The notes: generated by a model not told the origin, from the sequence alone. A stretch of 64,000 nucleotides of DNA from Pyruvatibacter sp. (GCF_040219635.1 NZ_JAVJSC010000003.1:548120-612119); one strand, 5' to 3'; shown: positions 19,053 to 29,901, numbered from the stretch's first letter. Program-made: numbers and translations.

Positions 19053-19636
19053 GCCTCGCAGACGTCGCGATCATCATTCTGGCCAGCGGCTTGTCGCAGC
19101 GCTTCGGTACCCGCGACAAACTACTGGCGCCGCTGAACGGCCAGCCTATGGCGACGTTCACCGCCAATCTGGTGAGCGGTCTCGACGTTGGAAAGGCCAT
19201 CAGCGTGGTGCCCGCAGATAACCCGCACCTCGCGACCATTTATGCGGACGCAGGCATCGAACTGGTGCTCAATCCCAGTCCCGAAAAAGGCCAGGGGGCA
19301 TCGCTGGCCCTGGGTATTGCGGGCATCCAAGGCCTGCCCGTCGCAGCAGCGCTGGTATTGCTGGCCGACATGCCCTTTGTGACACCAAGCCATATTCAAG
19401 CTGTTGTCGCTGCATTGGACAATCACGCCGCCGTGGCAAGCAGATATAAGGGCGTCATCCTGCCGCCCGTTTTGTTCGCGCGAAAGACCTTCGGTACCCT
19501 TACCCGGCTGACAGGCGACAAAGGTGGCAGGGCTGTATTTGAAAACCTGAGCAAGACGGCCTGTGTCGATATGCCGGAGCGCGATGCAACCGATATTGAC
19601 ACGCCGCAGGCACTTGCTCGCTCGTCTGTGAACTGA
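19049..19636 (+). CDS. MobA/MocA-like nucleotidyltransferase (molybdenum cofactor cytidylyl/guanylyl-transferase)
   Basis: IIILASGLSQRFG N-terminal motif; start overlaps the XdhC stop by 4 nt. Confidence 0.75.
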   Translation: MSLADVAIIILASGLSQRFGTRDKLLAPLNGQPMATFTANLVSGLDVGKAISVVPADNPHLATIYADAGIELVLNPSPEKGQGASLALGIAGIQGLPVAAALVLLADMPFVTPSHIQAVVAALDNHAAVASRYKGVILPPVLFARKTFGTLTRLTGDKGGRAVFENLSKTACVDMPERDATDIDTPQALARSSVN

Positions 19637-20233
19637 CTAATCGGCCGCTGGGCATGGGGTGCCCGCGTTCTGCCATGTGAGCAGCGCGGTTTTCACCTCT
19701 TCAGCACTATGGGGCGCGGGCTCCCGACCGGGGCCGGGAGACCAGCCCCACAGCACCAGCGGATCATCAACAACGTGCTGAGCAACCTGCTCAACGCTCT
19801 TGCCGCCATTGCGCTCAGGGTCTTTTATCTGTTCGCAAATCTGGGTGGAACTTTGGTCCCACCAGACCATTTCCACCGGCGCCAGAACCCAGTTCGGCGC
19901 ACCCGGCGCACCACGCGGAAACGGCATATTGGATGCACGGTGGCAGGTTGCACACGACAATCCCGCAGCCTTGCTGCGTGTGGCATCCGCCACAACACCC
20001 ATGCCATGATATGGCCCTCGCCCCTCATAGCTGGGGCCAGACCAGCGCGGCTTGTTATCGTCCGGCACATGACAGTTGACGCAGCGCGCGTGAGAGAAAA
20101 CTTCAAACGCCGTGTTCCACGCCTCCAGACCTTGTGCCTCACTTGTTTGTGTTCGCGCATCTGACAGTGAGCCTGCCAGCACCACAAACACACCGATGCC
20201 AAATATTGCTGCACCTGTCAGAACACGGAACAT
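19637..20233 (-). CDS. dihaem cytochrome c subunit of the molybdenum hydroxylase
   Basis: Two CxxCH motifs (CVNCH, CATCH) after an N-terminal TM/signal segment MFRVLTGAAIFGIGVFVVLAGS. ATG at 20233; the track extension overlaps the upstream gene. Confidence 0.75.
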   Translation of the reverse strand: MFRVLTGAAIFGIGVFVVLAGSLSDARTQTSEAQGLEAWNTAFEVFSHARCVNCHVPDDNKPRWSGPSYEGRGPYHGMGVVADATRSKAAGLSCATCHRASNMPFPRGAPGAPNWVLAPVEMVWWDQSSTQICEQIKDPERNGGKSVEQVAQHVVDDPLVLWGWSPGPGREPAPHSAEEVKTALLTWQNAGTPCPAAD

Positions 20234-20246
20234 ATTGGCAGCCCCT

Positions 20247-22466
20247 CTAGACCGAGAAAGACTGACCGGCAAGCGGCAGCTTGCGCGGGCGGATGCCGGT
20301 TGCATTGAACACCGCGTTGGCAACGGCCGGTGCGATCGGCGGCGTGCCGGGTTCACCGCCGCCGCCAATATCGTCCGGTGCGCCATTGATGATCTCGACA
20401 ACGATGTCAGGCGACTCGAACATCCGCAGCATCTGGTAATCGTGGAAATTGCTCTGCTCCACGGCCCCGTTGCGAATACTGATTTCACCGTAAAGCGCCG
20501 CCGTCAGCCCGTAGATGATGCCGCCCTCGATCTGCGCGGTGAACCCGTCCGGGTTCATGGCAAAGCCGGGGTCGGCACAACAATAGACCTTCTTCACCGT
20601 TGGCGAGCCGCTGCTCATGTCCACATCCGCGACCATTGCCACAATGGTGTTGAACGAGCGCACAAGTGCAACGCCCCTGCCGTGGTTCGCCGGCATGGTG
20701 CTGCCCCATCCGGACATGTCGGCGGCTTTCTTGAGAATCGTCGCAAAGCGTGGCGAGTTACCCAGCATGGAGAGCCGGAACGCGACCGGGTCCTGGCCCG
20801 CCGCGTGCGCCATCTCATCAACAAAGGATTCAACGAAATAGCCGTGCTGGCTGTGGTCCACCGAGCGCCACGCCCAGAACGGCAGCGGCAACTCAACATC
20901 GTTGATGGCCCGAACCCGCTGTGCAGGTATGTCGTAATAGGGCACGAAGGCGGCATCCGCAGGATCGTTATGGAACAGGAAGATATTGTCCCAGCTCAGC
21001 GGTTTGCCGTTCTCATCAAGGCCCGCCCTGAAACGGCTGGTTGTCGCGTTTCGGTAGGCAGCTTTTTGCGTGTCTTCCTCCCGCGACCAGATCATCTTGA
21101 CCGGACCGTCCACCTCTTTGGCAATGCGCGCCGCCATGGTGACCATGGCGGCATCCGAACGCCGGCCAAAGCCACCGCCCATATGCAGCAGATGCACGGT
21201 CACATCATCCACGCTCACATCAAAGGCCTCCGCCGCTGCGGTGCGGCAGCGCAGCGGTGACTGCGTGCCAATCCAGACTTCCACCTGCCCGTCATGCGCC
21301 CATACCGTGCAGTTGATGGGCTCCATGGCAGCGTGTGCCAGAAACGGCACCTGATACTCAGCCTCAACCTTGGTTGCAGCACCTGCAAACGCTTCTTTCG
21401 TGTCGCCAACAGACACAAGACCGTCGCCGCCGTCCTCGCCGGCTTCATTGAGTGCGGCATCAAACATCGCAAACATGCCGGCCTGATCAAGCGTGTCTGT
21501 CGCCGTGGTTGTATAGGTTGCGTTGAGCGTGTTCGCCGCCTGCTGTGCGTGCCAGTAGCTGTCAGCAACCACCGCCGCGAACTCACCAAGGTTCAGCACA
21601 TGAGTGACACCGCGCATGGCGCGGGCTTCAGCAGCATCGAGCGTCGCGATTTTTGAACCGGGAACCGGTGGTGCCAGCACAGCCGCATAGGTCATGGTCT
21701 GACCGGGCACCTGGGCATCAATGCCAAACAGCGCCGTGCCGTCCACTTTGGAGGGGATGTCCAGACGCACGGCGGATGTACCCATCAGCTCAAACTCGTC
21801 AATGGATTTGAGTTTGGGTTTAGCCGGCACACTTTGCCGGGATGCTGCGGCCGCAAACTGCGCATAGTCGGCTTCATTGCCGCTGGCCGCATGATAAAGG
21901 CGGCTCTTGCGCGTAGTGATTTCACTCGCCGGAACGCCCCACTCATGCGCGGCTGCGCCAACAAGCATTTCACGTGCCGCGGCACCTGCCGTGCGCATAC
22001 CCAACTGGCCCGTGGACCGAACGGAAAAACTGCCACCGGTCAGATAAAGGTCCATGGACCCGGCAAGCTGCTGGAAAATCCCGTCAACCGTGGGCTCCAA
22101 CCAGCGACCCGGATCAAGTCCGGGCGCCACAAAATGCCGTGCCATGTCACCGCCGACATAATCACCATTCGCGGGCGCGGACATAACGTCCATCTTGTCC
22201 CAATCGGCGTCCATTTCGTCGGCCAGCATCTGGGCGAGAGTGGACAGTGCGCCCTGGCCCATATCCGTATGCGGTGCAATGGCCGTCACCACATTGTCTT
22301 CGCCGATCTTCACCCACGCATTGACAAGCTGCTCGCCCTCGCGCGCGGCACCGTTCTTGGCAAGCTCGCCAACCGGGTTGCCGGGACGGATGGCAACGCC
22401 CACCACAAGCGCCGTACCCCCCACAAGACCTGCACCAATAAACCCTCGCCGGGACCACTTGTTCAT
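20247..22466 (-). CDS. molybdopterin-dependent oxidoreductase large subunit (IorB / aldehyde oxidase beta-like), Tat-exported
   Basis: 739 aa with twin-arginine leader MNKWSRRGFIGAGLVGG. Gene order is 2Fe-2S subunit, large subunit, cytochrome c. Confidence 0.85.
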   Translation of the reverse strand: MNKWSRRGFIGAGLVGGTALVVGVAIRPGNPVGELAKNGAAREGEQLVNAWVKIGEDNVVTAIAPHTDMGQGALSTLAQMLADEMDADWDKMDVMSAPANGDYVGGDMARHFVAPGLDPGRWLEPTVDGIFQQLAGSMDLYLTGGSFSVRSTGQLGMRTAGAAAREMLVGAAAHEWGVPASEITTRKSRLYHAASGNEADYAQFAAAASRQSVPAKPKLKSIDEFELMGTSAVRLDIPSKVDGTALFGIDAQVPGQTMTYAAVLAPPVPGSKIATLDAAEARAMRGVTHVLNLGEFAAVVADSYWHAQQAANTLNATYTTTATDTLDQAGMFAMFDAALNEAGEDGGDGLVSVGDTKEAFAGAATKVEAEYQVPFLAHAAMEPINCTVWAHDGQVEVWIGTQSPLRCRTAAAEAFDVSVDDVTVHLLHMGGGFGRRSDAAMVTMAARIAKEVDGPVKMIWSREEDTQKAAYRNATTSRFRAGLDENGKPLSWDNIFLFHNDPADAAFVPYYDIPAQRVRAINDVELPLPFWAWRSVDHSQHGYFVESFVDEMAHAAGQDPVAFRLSMLGNSPRFATILKKAADMSGWGSTMPANHGRGVALVRSFNTIVAMVADVDMSSGSPTVKKVYCCADPGFAMNPDGFTAQIEGGIIYGLTAALYGEISIRNGAVEQSNFHDYQMLRMFESPDIVVEIINGAPDDIGGGGEPGTPPIAPAVANAVFNATGIRPRKLPLAGQSFSV

Positions 22467-22478
22467 GTTGCCGCTCCC

Positions 22479-22934
22479 TTATGCGCGCGCTGCGGCTTTG
22501 ATGGCCGCGCGGATGCGTGGATAGGTGCCGCAGCGGCATATGTTGCCTGACATTGCAGCATCGATGTCGTCGTCGGTCGGGTTTGGATTGTCGCGCAGCA
22601 AGGCGGCTGCCGACATCAACTGGCCTGATTGGCAGTAACCGCATTGGGGCACCTGCGCATCAATCCAGGCCTGTTGCACTTTCGCCAATTTGCCGTCTTC
22701 ATCCGGCAGGCCTTCGATGGTGGTGATCTCCAGACCTTCAGCAACTGAAATAGGCGTAGTGCATGAGCGCACCGGCTGACCGTCAAGATGCACCGTGCAC
22801 GCCCCGCACATGGCGATGCCACAGCCAAACTTGGTGCCGGTCATCGCCAACTCTTCGCGCACTACCCACAAAATGGGCATATCCGGGTCCACGTCCAAAA
22901 CCTGTGGTTTACCGTTAATCGTCACATTGATCAT
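22479..22934 (-). CDS. (2Fe-2S)-binding small subunit (IorA-like)
   Basis: Cys clusters [11 protein letters not shown] and QCGYCQSG...CRCG. ATG at 22934 (MINVTINGK). Confidence 0.9.
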   Translation of the reverse strand: MINVTINGKPQVLDVDPDMPILWVVREELAMTGTKFGCGIAMCGACTVHLDGQPVRSCTTPISVAEGLEITTIEGLPDEDGKLAKVQQAWIDAQVPQCGYCQSGQLMSAAALLRDNPNPTDDDIDAAMSGNICRCGTYPRIRAAIKAAARA

Positions 22935-23132
22935 GGGATAAGTGTCCTCCCGACACGAAGCCCACCATGGAGCTTCGACAGCCGCCAATTCAAATTACGA
23001 ATATGACCATAAGTCATTCTGCGGCGTGCGCAAGAGGCCACAACTGCTGCTGACCCGCAGTGCGCACTGCCAGGACAGCGCCATGGAAGATGGGTATGGT
23101 GCTGCCGTAGCAAACATCACACTCAGGAAACC

Positions 23133-23801
23133 ATGACCATGCTGAAACTGCTCGGATTCCCCGCATCGAATTACTACAACATGGTCAAGATGGCGCTGAT
23201 GGAGAAAGGCGCGGCCTATGAAGATGTGCGCGTTTATTCCGGCTCAAAAGAAGAGTTTCTGTCCAAGAGCGCCATGGGAAAGGTTCCCTGTCTTGAAACC
23301 CCTGATGGATTTCTGACCGAAACAAGCGTCATCCTCGATTACATCGAGGATGCAGTGGACGGGCCGTCGTTCTATCCCGCCGACCCCTATGAGCGCGCCC
23401 GTGTGAGGGAACTGGTCAAATACTCAGAGCTGTATCTGGAGCTGCCCGCACGCCGCTGCTACGGCGAAGCCTTTTTTGGAACCGGACCCGTTTCCCAGGA
23501 AGTGAAAGACAGCGTGCGCCCGGTGCTTGAACGCGGCTGCAGCGCCATAAAACGACGCGGTCGTTTTACGCCCTACCTCGCGGGCGACACACTGACCTAC
23601 GCAGACATGGTATTCCTGCATTCCTTTCCGATGGCCGCCAGCGTCGCGCATAGCGTTTTCGACTGGAACCTGACCGAAGAACTACCCCAGGCGCAGGCCC
23701 TGCTGGAACACCTCAACCAGCGCCCGGTTGTTGCCCAAATTGCCGAAGACACGAAACAAGGCATGAAAGAGTTCCGCAAAGCATACGGCATGGCTGACTA
23801 G
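23133..23801 (+). CDS. glutathione S-transferase
   Basis: 222 aa. N-terminal thioredoxin-like ...LLGFPASNYYNMVKMAL...GKVPCLE... followed by a helical C-domain. Confidence 0.75.
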   Translation: MTMLKLLGFPASNYYNMVKMALMEKGAAYEDVRVYSGSKEEFLSKSAMGKVPCLETPDGFLTETSVILDYIEDAVDGPSFYPADPYERARVRELVKYSELYLELPARRCYGEAFFGTGPVSQEVKDSVRPVLERGCSAIKRRGRFTPYLAGDTLTYADMVFLHSFPMAASVAHSVFDWNLTEELPQAQALLEHLNQRPVVAQIAEDTKQGMKEFRKAYGMAD

Positions 23802-23866
23802 ACCGCAGCCGCCATCCCGGCGCGAAGCACTCGCGCCACCAGCTAAAAACACCATCAAAGCAGGCG

Positions 23867-25141
23867 CTAAAGCGGGCGAAGCTGCACGGGAACGGACGCA
23901 ATGCCGCGGATGAAATTGTTGGAGAGCCGCTCAACATCTCCCACAACCTCAACTGCGTGGAACCGCTTCATGATTTCTTCCCACAGCACGCGAAGCTGCA
24001 TTTCAGCCAGCCTGTTGCCCATGCAGCGATGAACGCCGAAGCCGAATGAAACATGCTGGCGCGCATTCGGCCGGTCAATAATCAGCCGGTCCGCATCCGG
24101 AAATACCGTTTCGTCGCGATTGCCCGACAGGTACCACATCACCACCTTGTCGCCTTTCCGAATGGTCTTGCCGCCTAGCTCCACATCTTCAAGAGCCGTT
24201 CTGCGCATGTGAATGACAGGCGTCTGCCAGCGCACGGTCTCGGCCACCATGTTTGGAATAAGGTCAGGGTTTTCACGCAGCCTGGCGTATTGATCCGGAT
24301 ACTGATTAAGCGCCACGACACCACCACTGATGCTGTTGCGTGTGGTGTCATTGCCGCCAACAATCAACAAAATGATGTTGCCAAGCATGAGCAACGGGTC
24401 TTCACTCAAATGCCTTGTGGCCTCGCTGTGCGCCAGCATCGACACGAAGTCGAACTTTGGCGGCTGCGCAGCCCGCTCCTGCCACAGCCCGTAGAACGTC
24501 GTGGCGCACTCAATCAACGCGTCCCGGCGGGCATCCATGTCATTGGCCTCGCCCGTGACCTTGGGCACGGCAGTGGCAACATCCGACCACCGGATCAGGT
24601 CACGCCGCCTTTCATATGGAAAATCAAACAGCGTGGCGAGCATCCGCGCCGTAAGTTCTACCGACACCTTGTCCACCCAGTTGAAGGTTTCACCAACCGG
24701 CAGATTATCGAGAATGTCAGCCGCACGTTCACGGATGATCGGCTCAAGCTCTGCGAGATTTTTGGGCGCAACTGCAGGCGAGACGGCATTTCTTTGTGGG
24801 GCGTGCCGCGGTTCATCCATCGAGATAAACGAGGGGTCGCGCATGAGCTGCTCCCCATCGAGCGGCATCGGATCCACAATGGCAATGCCGCCTGCTTCAG
24901 ATGAAAACACCTTGTGATTGGCATCGACCGCCTTGGTCATTTCATGACTTGTAACTGACCAGAAAGGCCCGTTATCGCTGTCGGCCAGATAGTGCACCGG
25001 AGCCTCCGTCCGCAACCGCGCGAACCACGGCCGCCAGGTATCATCCCGGAACAAATGCGGCTGGGAGACGTCAATCTCGTCAAGTGGAATACTGCTGACG
25101 TCTTGCGCAGCAGACACGCCGGTTTGTGTGGTTGCCGTCAT
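23867..25141 (-). CDS. cytochrome P450, CYP153-like, second copy
   Basis: FGFGVHRCMGNRLAE haem loop and LLIVGGNDTTRNSI. AAGAGG RBS before the ATG at 25141 (the track starts at 25234). Confidence 0.9.
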   Translation of the reverse strand: MTATTQTGVSAAQDVSSIPLDEIDVSQPHLFRDDTWRPWFARLRTEAPVHYLADSDNGPFWSVTSHEMTKAVDANHKVFSSEAGGIAIVDPMPLDGEQLMRDPSFISMDEPRHAPQRNAVSPAVAPKNLAELEPIIRERAADILDNLPVGETFNWVDKVSVELTARMLATLFDFPYERRRDLIRWSDVATAVPKVTGEANDMDARRDALIECATTFYGLWQERAAQPPKFDFVSMLAHSEATRHLSEDPLLMLGNIILLIVGGNDTTRNSISGGVVALNQYPDQYARLRENPDLIPNMVAETVRWQTPVIHMRRTALEDVELGGKTIRKGDKVVMWYLSGNRDETVFPDADRLIIDRPNARQHVSFGFGVHRCMGNRLAEMQLRVLWEEIMKRFHAVEVVGDVERLSNNFIRGIASVPVQLRPL

Positions 25142-25324
25142 TGACGCCTCTTTCTCGCGCAACCGCGCTGGTTGGGGTGGTTGCCGCTGCTGTGACGCGA
25201 ACCGCTGGCAGCTCGCTGCATACCCTCTTGTCAAGCCTAGTCCGTAGCCCGCAGGACACTCAAGTCATCCGACGAGGCACATGCCGGAAACCGCGATCAA
25301 TTTGGTGCGCACGGCGAGGAGCAT

Positions 25325-26389
25325 TCAGCAAACCGCGCTTCGGCTGCCGCATTCCGCAAAAATGCCCGCCTCCGCCGCCCGCGCCATGGACCCGCCCCAA
25401 AAGCGATCCGCAAGCCAGTCCAGATCCTGATCGCCGGGGCCGATGCCGGCGCTGACGACCCTGGGCGGGATGACGGTCACGGTTTCATCGCGATACTCGG
25501 CAATGGCAAAGCGGAAGACATAGCCCGGCGTAAGCCCCATGCGCAGGTCAGAAACGACAATTTGCCGGTCCAGCATTTCCGTTCGGTAATACCCCCGGCT
25601 GAACCACTCGAGTTTCCTGAACGCATCGGCATCTCGCAACCCCGCCAACAGTTCAGGGTGCCGGGGATGGGTATAAATCTGCGTATCATTGCTGTCATCA
25701 AACAGCGACAGATACACATTGTGATATCTGTCCTCTCCAAGCCCCACCACCTTCCAGAGCACAGTATTCAGCGGCCCCGCAGTGGCAAAGACACGATCCA
25801 CGGCTATGCCGGCATCCGCGAAAACAGCCTTGGCCCTGCTTTCAATGTGCGCCTGCACCACCGCGCCAAGGCCCATATAGCCGGTACTCAAAACCAGCGC
25901 CGCCACCAACCCGGTGCGAAACGCCCGCGACCGGCTATCTCGCGCCAGCGCCCAGATGACGACAGCGAGAAGCGGCAGCGTGTATAGAGGGTCTATGATA
26001 AACACCGAGCCCACGCCCACGGGGTCAGGATAAAACGGCCAGAAAATCCGTGTCCCATACACCGTCATGGCATCAATCATCGCGTGCGTGGACAGGCACA
26101 GGAACACCGTCAGCCACACCATCCAGCGATGATCTCGCAGCGCTTTGAACGATCGCACAAGCAGTTCGCCGATCACAGGCGCTGCTATCGCGTGAACGAA
26201 AACCGAATGCGTCCACCCGCGATGCAGCACAAACGCATCGACCGGATTGTCGAAAGGAATAAGAACGTCCAGGTCAGGCAGTGTGCCCAGCGCACCGCCG
26301 AGCAGGGCCGCCTTGCGAACCCCAAGCGTCTTGCCCAGACACAGCGTCGAAACAGCGGCACCAAGTGCGAATTGTGTGAGCGAATCCAT
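25325..26389 (-). CDS. membrane-bound metal-dependent hydrolase (YdjM/YbcI, DUF457 family)
   Basis: MDSLTQFALGAAVS...HRGWTHS... N-terminal signature with multiple TM segments. Confidence 0.7.
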   Translation of the reverse strand: MDSLTQFALGAAVSTLCLGKTLGVRKAALLGGALGTLPDLDVLIPFDNPVDAFVLHRGWTHSVFVHAIAAPVIGELLVRSFKALRDHRWMVWLTVFLCLSTHAMIDAMTVYGTRIFWPFYPDPVGVGSVFIIDPLYTLPLLAVVIWALARDSRSRAFRTGLVAALVLSTGYMGLGAVVQAHIESRAKAVFADAGIAVDRVFATAGPLNTVLWKVVGLGEDRYHNVYLSLFDDSNDTQIYTHPRHPELLAGLRDADAFRKLEWFSRGYYRTEMLDRQIVVSDLRMGLTPGYVFRFAIAEYRDETVTVIPPRVVSAGIGPGDQDLDWLADRFWGGSMARAAEAGIFAECGSRSAVC

Positions 26390-26655
26390 GACGGTGATCT
26401 TGTTCCCGTGTCAGATGCAGCGCGATGCCGCGCGGGCCCTGGGCCATCCGTCGACACAAGAAGTATGCCGACTGACAGACAACATAGCTCACAACGTGTG
26501 TGTGCCGAGAAAAACGTCTGCACACGCACGCCTTGCCCGTATGGCCGGGAGCAGCGCAGTATGCGGGATCAATATTTATGGCCTGCGTTCTGTGCTCCCA
26601 GTATGGCAGGAACGCAGGCCGGACAAACTCAAGAACCACCCCGGAGGATACGCGC

Positions 26656-27903
26656 GTGCACTCTCAAAACCCTGACCTTTTCGATCTTGCAATGTCTGAG
26701 AAGGCACGCCCGCTTATGGACGCCGTCAAGCGCCATATCGAGCAGAACGTCGTGCCGATCAGCGAAGAGTTCAAAGCCCTCGACGCCCAAAAAGACGACC
26801 GCTGGACGTGGCATCCCCGCCAGCTTGAACTTCTGGATGGTGCCAAGGCAAAGGCGAAACAGTCAGGCCTGTGGAACTTTTTCCTGCCTGATTCTGAATA
26901 TGGCGACGGCCTGTCCAATCTCGACTACGCCTATATCGCAGCCGAGCTGGGCAAATACCCGCTGGCGTCAGAGACACTGAATTGCAGCGCCCCTGACACC
27001 GGCAACATGGAAGTGCTTGAGCGTGTGGGCACCACCGCCCAGAAGGAAAAGTGGCTGAAGCCGCTTCTCGATGGGGAAATCCGCTCCGCATACGCTATGA
27101 CGGAGCCGGGACTTCCGTCATCCGATGCCAAGAACATTTCCACCAGCGCGGTTCTTGAAAATGGCGAGTGGGTCATCAACGGCGAGAAGTTTTATATTTC
27201 TGGTGCCGGCGACCCGCGCTGCAAGATCATGATCGTCATGGTGAAAACCAGTCCCGACGCAGCACCACATAAACAGCAGTCGCAGATCCTTGTTCCCAAG
27301 GACACGCCAGGCGTGGAAATTCTCGAAGGCATGGAAGTGTTTGGCGAGGACCATGCGCCGCGCGGCCACATGCACATCAGGTTCAACAATGTGCGCGTTC
27401 CAGAAGAAAACATTCTGCTTGGAGAAGGTCGCGGTTTTGAAATCTCGCAGCTTCGCCTGGGCCCAGGCCGCATTCACCACTGCATGCGGTCAATCGGCAA
27501 AGCAGAGATGGCGCTGGAACTGATGGTGCGCCGTGGTGCCACCCGCGATGCCTTCGGCAAGCCGCTCATCAAGCTGGGCGGCAATCTTGAAAAAGTGTCG
27601 CGCGCGCGTATCGAAATCAACGCCATGCGCTTGGCCGTGCTGCAGGCCGCCAAAGCCATGGACGTGTTGGGCAACAAGGAAGCGCGCGTATACATCAGCG
27701 CCGTCAAGGCAATGGTGCCCGAAAAAGTCTGTCAGATCATCGACGACGCCATCCAGATCCACGGCGCCACCGGCGTTTCCCAATGGACACCGCTGGCGTC
27801 ACTGTATGCCGACATCCGTCACCTGCGGTTCGCAGATGGTCCAGACGAAGTGCATCACATGGTTGTCGGCCGCGCCGAAGTGCAAAGCTACGACCTTTGG
27901 TAG
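26656..27903 (+). CDS. acyl-CoA dehydrogenase
   Basis: ...AYAMTEPGLPSSDA..., ...FYISGAG... and a C-terminal ...QIHGATG... block. GGAGGA lies 7 nt before the GTG at 26656 (the track ORF from 26500 has an implausible leader). Confidence 0.85.
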   Translation: MHSQNPDLFDLAMSEKARPLMDAVKRHIEQNVVPISEEFKALDAQKDDRWTWHPRQLELLDGAKAKAKQSGLWNFFLPDSEYGDGLSNLDYAYIAAELGKYPLASETLNCSAPDTGNMEVLERVGTTAQKEKWLKPLLDGEIRSAYAMTEPGLPSSDAKNISTSAVLENGEWVINGEKFYISGAGDPRCKIMIVMVKTSPDAAPHKQQSQILVPKDTPGVEILEGMEVFGEDHAPRGHMHIRFNNVRVPEENILLGEGRGFEISQLRLGPGRIHHCMRSIGKAEMALELMVRRGATRDAFGKPLIKLGGNLEKVSRARIEINAMRLAVLQAAKAMDVLGNKEARVYISAVKAMVPEKVCQIIDDAIQIHGATGVSQWTPLASLYADIRHLRFADGPDEVHHMVVGRAEVQSYDLW

Positions 27904-28035
27904 CATGCGCAAATACCTGACGAGATGCTGGTTCCGCCAAGGGCACAAAGACCCGGAACCAGCATGTCGCTACGGGTTCTGCGCGACATCTATCTGATGA
28001 TCGCGAAAGACCGTCAGGTCGCAGCACGGCACGTC

Positions 28036-28749
28036 CTATGGTGTCACACGATAGCGCCACAAAATTATGTTGTCGGTCTCAATATCCGCCGACCAGATGA
28101 GCTTTGCTGATCGGTCCCACTCAATGTCGTTATACCCAAACCGGGCGCCGATTTGTTCCGCGGTGTACTCAGTCGCTGCTGCCCAGCCGGTGTCATCAAA
28201 GTCAGCATCCTTCCAGCCGGTTGGCTCGGCGGAGACTTTGAACTTGCAGTCAACCAGTGGCTGCCGTGATTTCTCACAATCAGGGTTGAGTGGTGCTTGA
28301 TGCACGACCAGACCGCGCCAATCGCTCGATGTTGTGGCAACCACATCACCACTGCGCGTCTCCGCAATCTGTGCAATGAAACCGCCATCTCCGATCTGTT
28401 GGAAGGGCGTGAAAAACTCACCCACGTAGAACAAGCCGAAGAACGAGCCGATATATTCCAGGCCACTGTCGTTCTCGACATAGTCTTTCGTCACCACGGC
28501 AATATCAAACGGGTATGATGCGCGGAACGTGAATGTCTGCGAATTGAACGAGCGGATCTCGGTCACCGGCACAATGTCTTCTACCACCAGTTCACCGTTG
28601 ACGTAAAACGCAAACCAGTTGTCGGCCCAGACCGAAGCTGTGAACTCCATATCGTCGGCTGCCGCCGGGAGTCCCGCAATACCAACGGCACAAACAACGC
28701 ATACGGACAATACAGCCTGCCTGAAAGACTCAGCATATCGCGCAACCAT
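28036..28749 (-). CDS. exported hypothetical protein
   Basis: Signal-like N-terminus ...AVLSVCVVCAVGIAGLPAAADD, RBS GGAGGG. Last gene of the TetR-linked operon. No family recognised. Confidence 0.55.
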   Translation of the reverse strand: MVARYAESFRQAVLSVCVVCAVGIAGLPAAADDMEFTASVWADNWFAFYVNGELVVEDIVPVTEIRSFNSQTFTFRASYPFDIAVVTKDYVENDSGLEYIGSFFGLFYVGEFFTPFQQIGDGGFIAQIAETRSGDVVATTSSDWRGLVVHQAPLNPDCEKSRQPLVDCKFKVSAEPTGWKDADFDDTGWAAATEYTAEQIGARFGYNDIEWDRSAKLIWSADIETDNIILWRYRVTP

Positions 28750-28782
28750 GAAAGTGATCCCTCCGGTTAGGAACGTAGCTTG

Positions 28783-29901
28783 CTACTCAGCTACCGTATT
28801 GACCAGCTCGCCTAGTTTATCGGCTGTGATGGTTATGGTTTCGCCTGCCTGCAGGTAACTGCCCTGCGCATAAGCGCGCGCAATCTGACGCTCAATGACC
28901 CAGTGTGTGACGGGTTTATTCCAGCCCCCCAACACCCAGTCAGCCACCCCCCTGACAATGGCCATGGTGTCCATTCCCCTGAATATCGTGCCGTCCGGCG
29001 TACCTCCGAGCACGCCCGTGCGCGCGGGCACAATGCCATTGCGGATTGGAAGCCCAACCGTCCTGTCATTGTAATCCCAGGTGACGTCGGCACGCGCTGC
29101 TGACTGCCTGAGAATCTCGTCGAAATCCCAGATGGCAAGCGACTGCCTGGCTGATTGCGCAAGCTCACCACCACGATAAAGCCGCAGATCAACGTCAGGC
29201 GCAAAGCTGCGCAGGTCGCGCGGGATAACAAAGAGGTTGCCGACAGGCAGATAGCCCGGCGCACTCTTGCCGGTCGTAAACCCGTCGCCGGAAGTAACAT
29301 CAGACGCATTGAGGTTGCGCATGAGCTTTGCGCGATCCGTTACGTCGTTGCACAAAATAAGCCCCGCTTGCGCAGGCGCAGAGGTGATCTCGAAATCCTC
29401 AAGAGCGACGAAGCACAGCTCCACTTCAAAATCCAAGAGCCCGTCCCCTTTGGGGATCGGCGCGTTGAACGCAGTTGGCTCAACTTCCTTGGCAAACAGG
29501 AATGGCCCGTCTTCAACCGATGCTTCTTCGGCATGAGCCGGAAAGTTCGTCCCCACTGCAATGTGTGATGCCGTCAGGTCAACGGGTAGCGCCAGGTCTT
29601 CCACTGGCACGTCCATGGCCGGGCCATCCGCCGACGCAATCGCGTCATAGCCCTGCGCGCTGTAAAGCGTTATGGGGTCGTCCGCGCCAAAAACTGACGA
29701 CAGGTTGATGCCGCCGACCTTGCCGTCAACATAGGAGGAGACCAGCATCAACTGGTACGCACCAGGTGCTCCGACCCTTGCAAATGTGAGCGCTTCATCG
29801 CGCGGCGCGATATCCACTTTCGCCGCCGCCGGGTGAGACAGAACCATCAGGATGCTCCAGATCAGAATGAAGGGGGTGCGCATATGCATTTCCTTACGCA
29901 T
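28783..29901 (-). CDS. fumarylacetoacetate hydrolase (FAH) family protein with N-terminal signal peptide
   Basis: FAH-like blocks DFEVELCFV, TGKSAPGYLPVG, GGTPDG and GETITI. N-terminus MRTPFILIWSILMVLSHPAAA-KV looks like a cleavable signal. Confidence 0.6.
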   Translation of the reverse strand: MRKEMHMRTPFILIWSILMVLSHPAAAKVDIAPRDEALTFARVGAPGAYQLMLVSSYVDGKVGGINLSSVFGADDPITLYSAQGYDAIASADGPAMDVPVEDLALPVDLTASHIAVGTNFPAHAEEASVEDGPFLFAKEVEPTAFNAPIPKGDGLLDFEVELCFVALEDFEITSAPAQAGLILCNDVTDRAKLMRNLNASDVTSGDGFTTGKSAPGYLPVGNLFVIPRDLRSFAPDVDLRLYRGGELAQSARQSLAIWDFDEILRQSAARADVTWDYNDRTVGLPIRNGIVPARTGVLGGTPDGTIFRGMDTMAIVRGVADWVLGGWNKPVTHWVIERQIARAYAQGSYLQAGETITITADKLGELVNTVAE

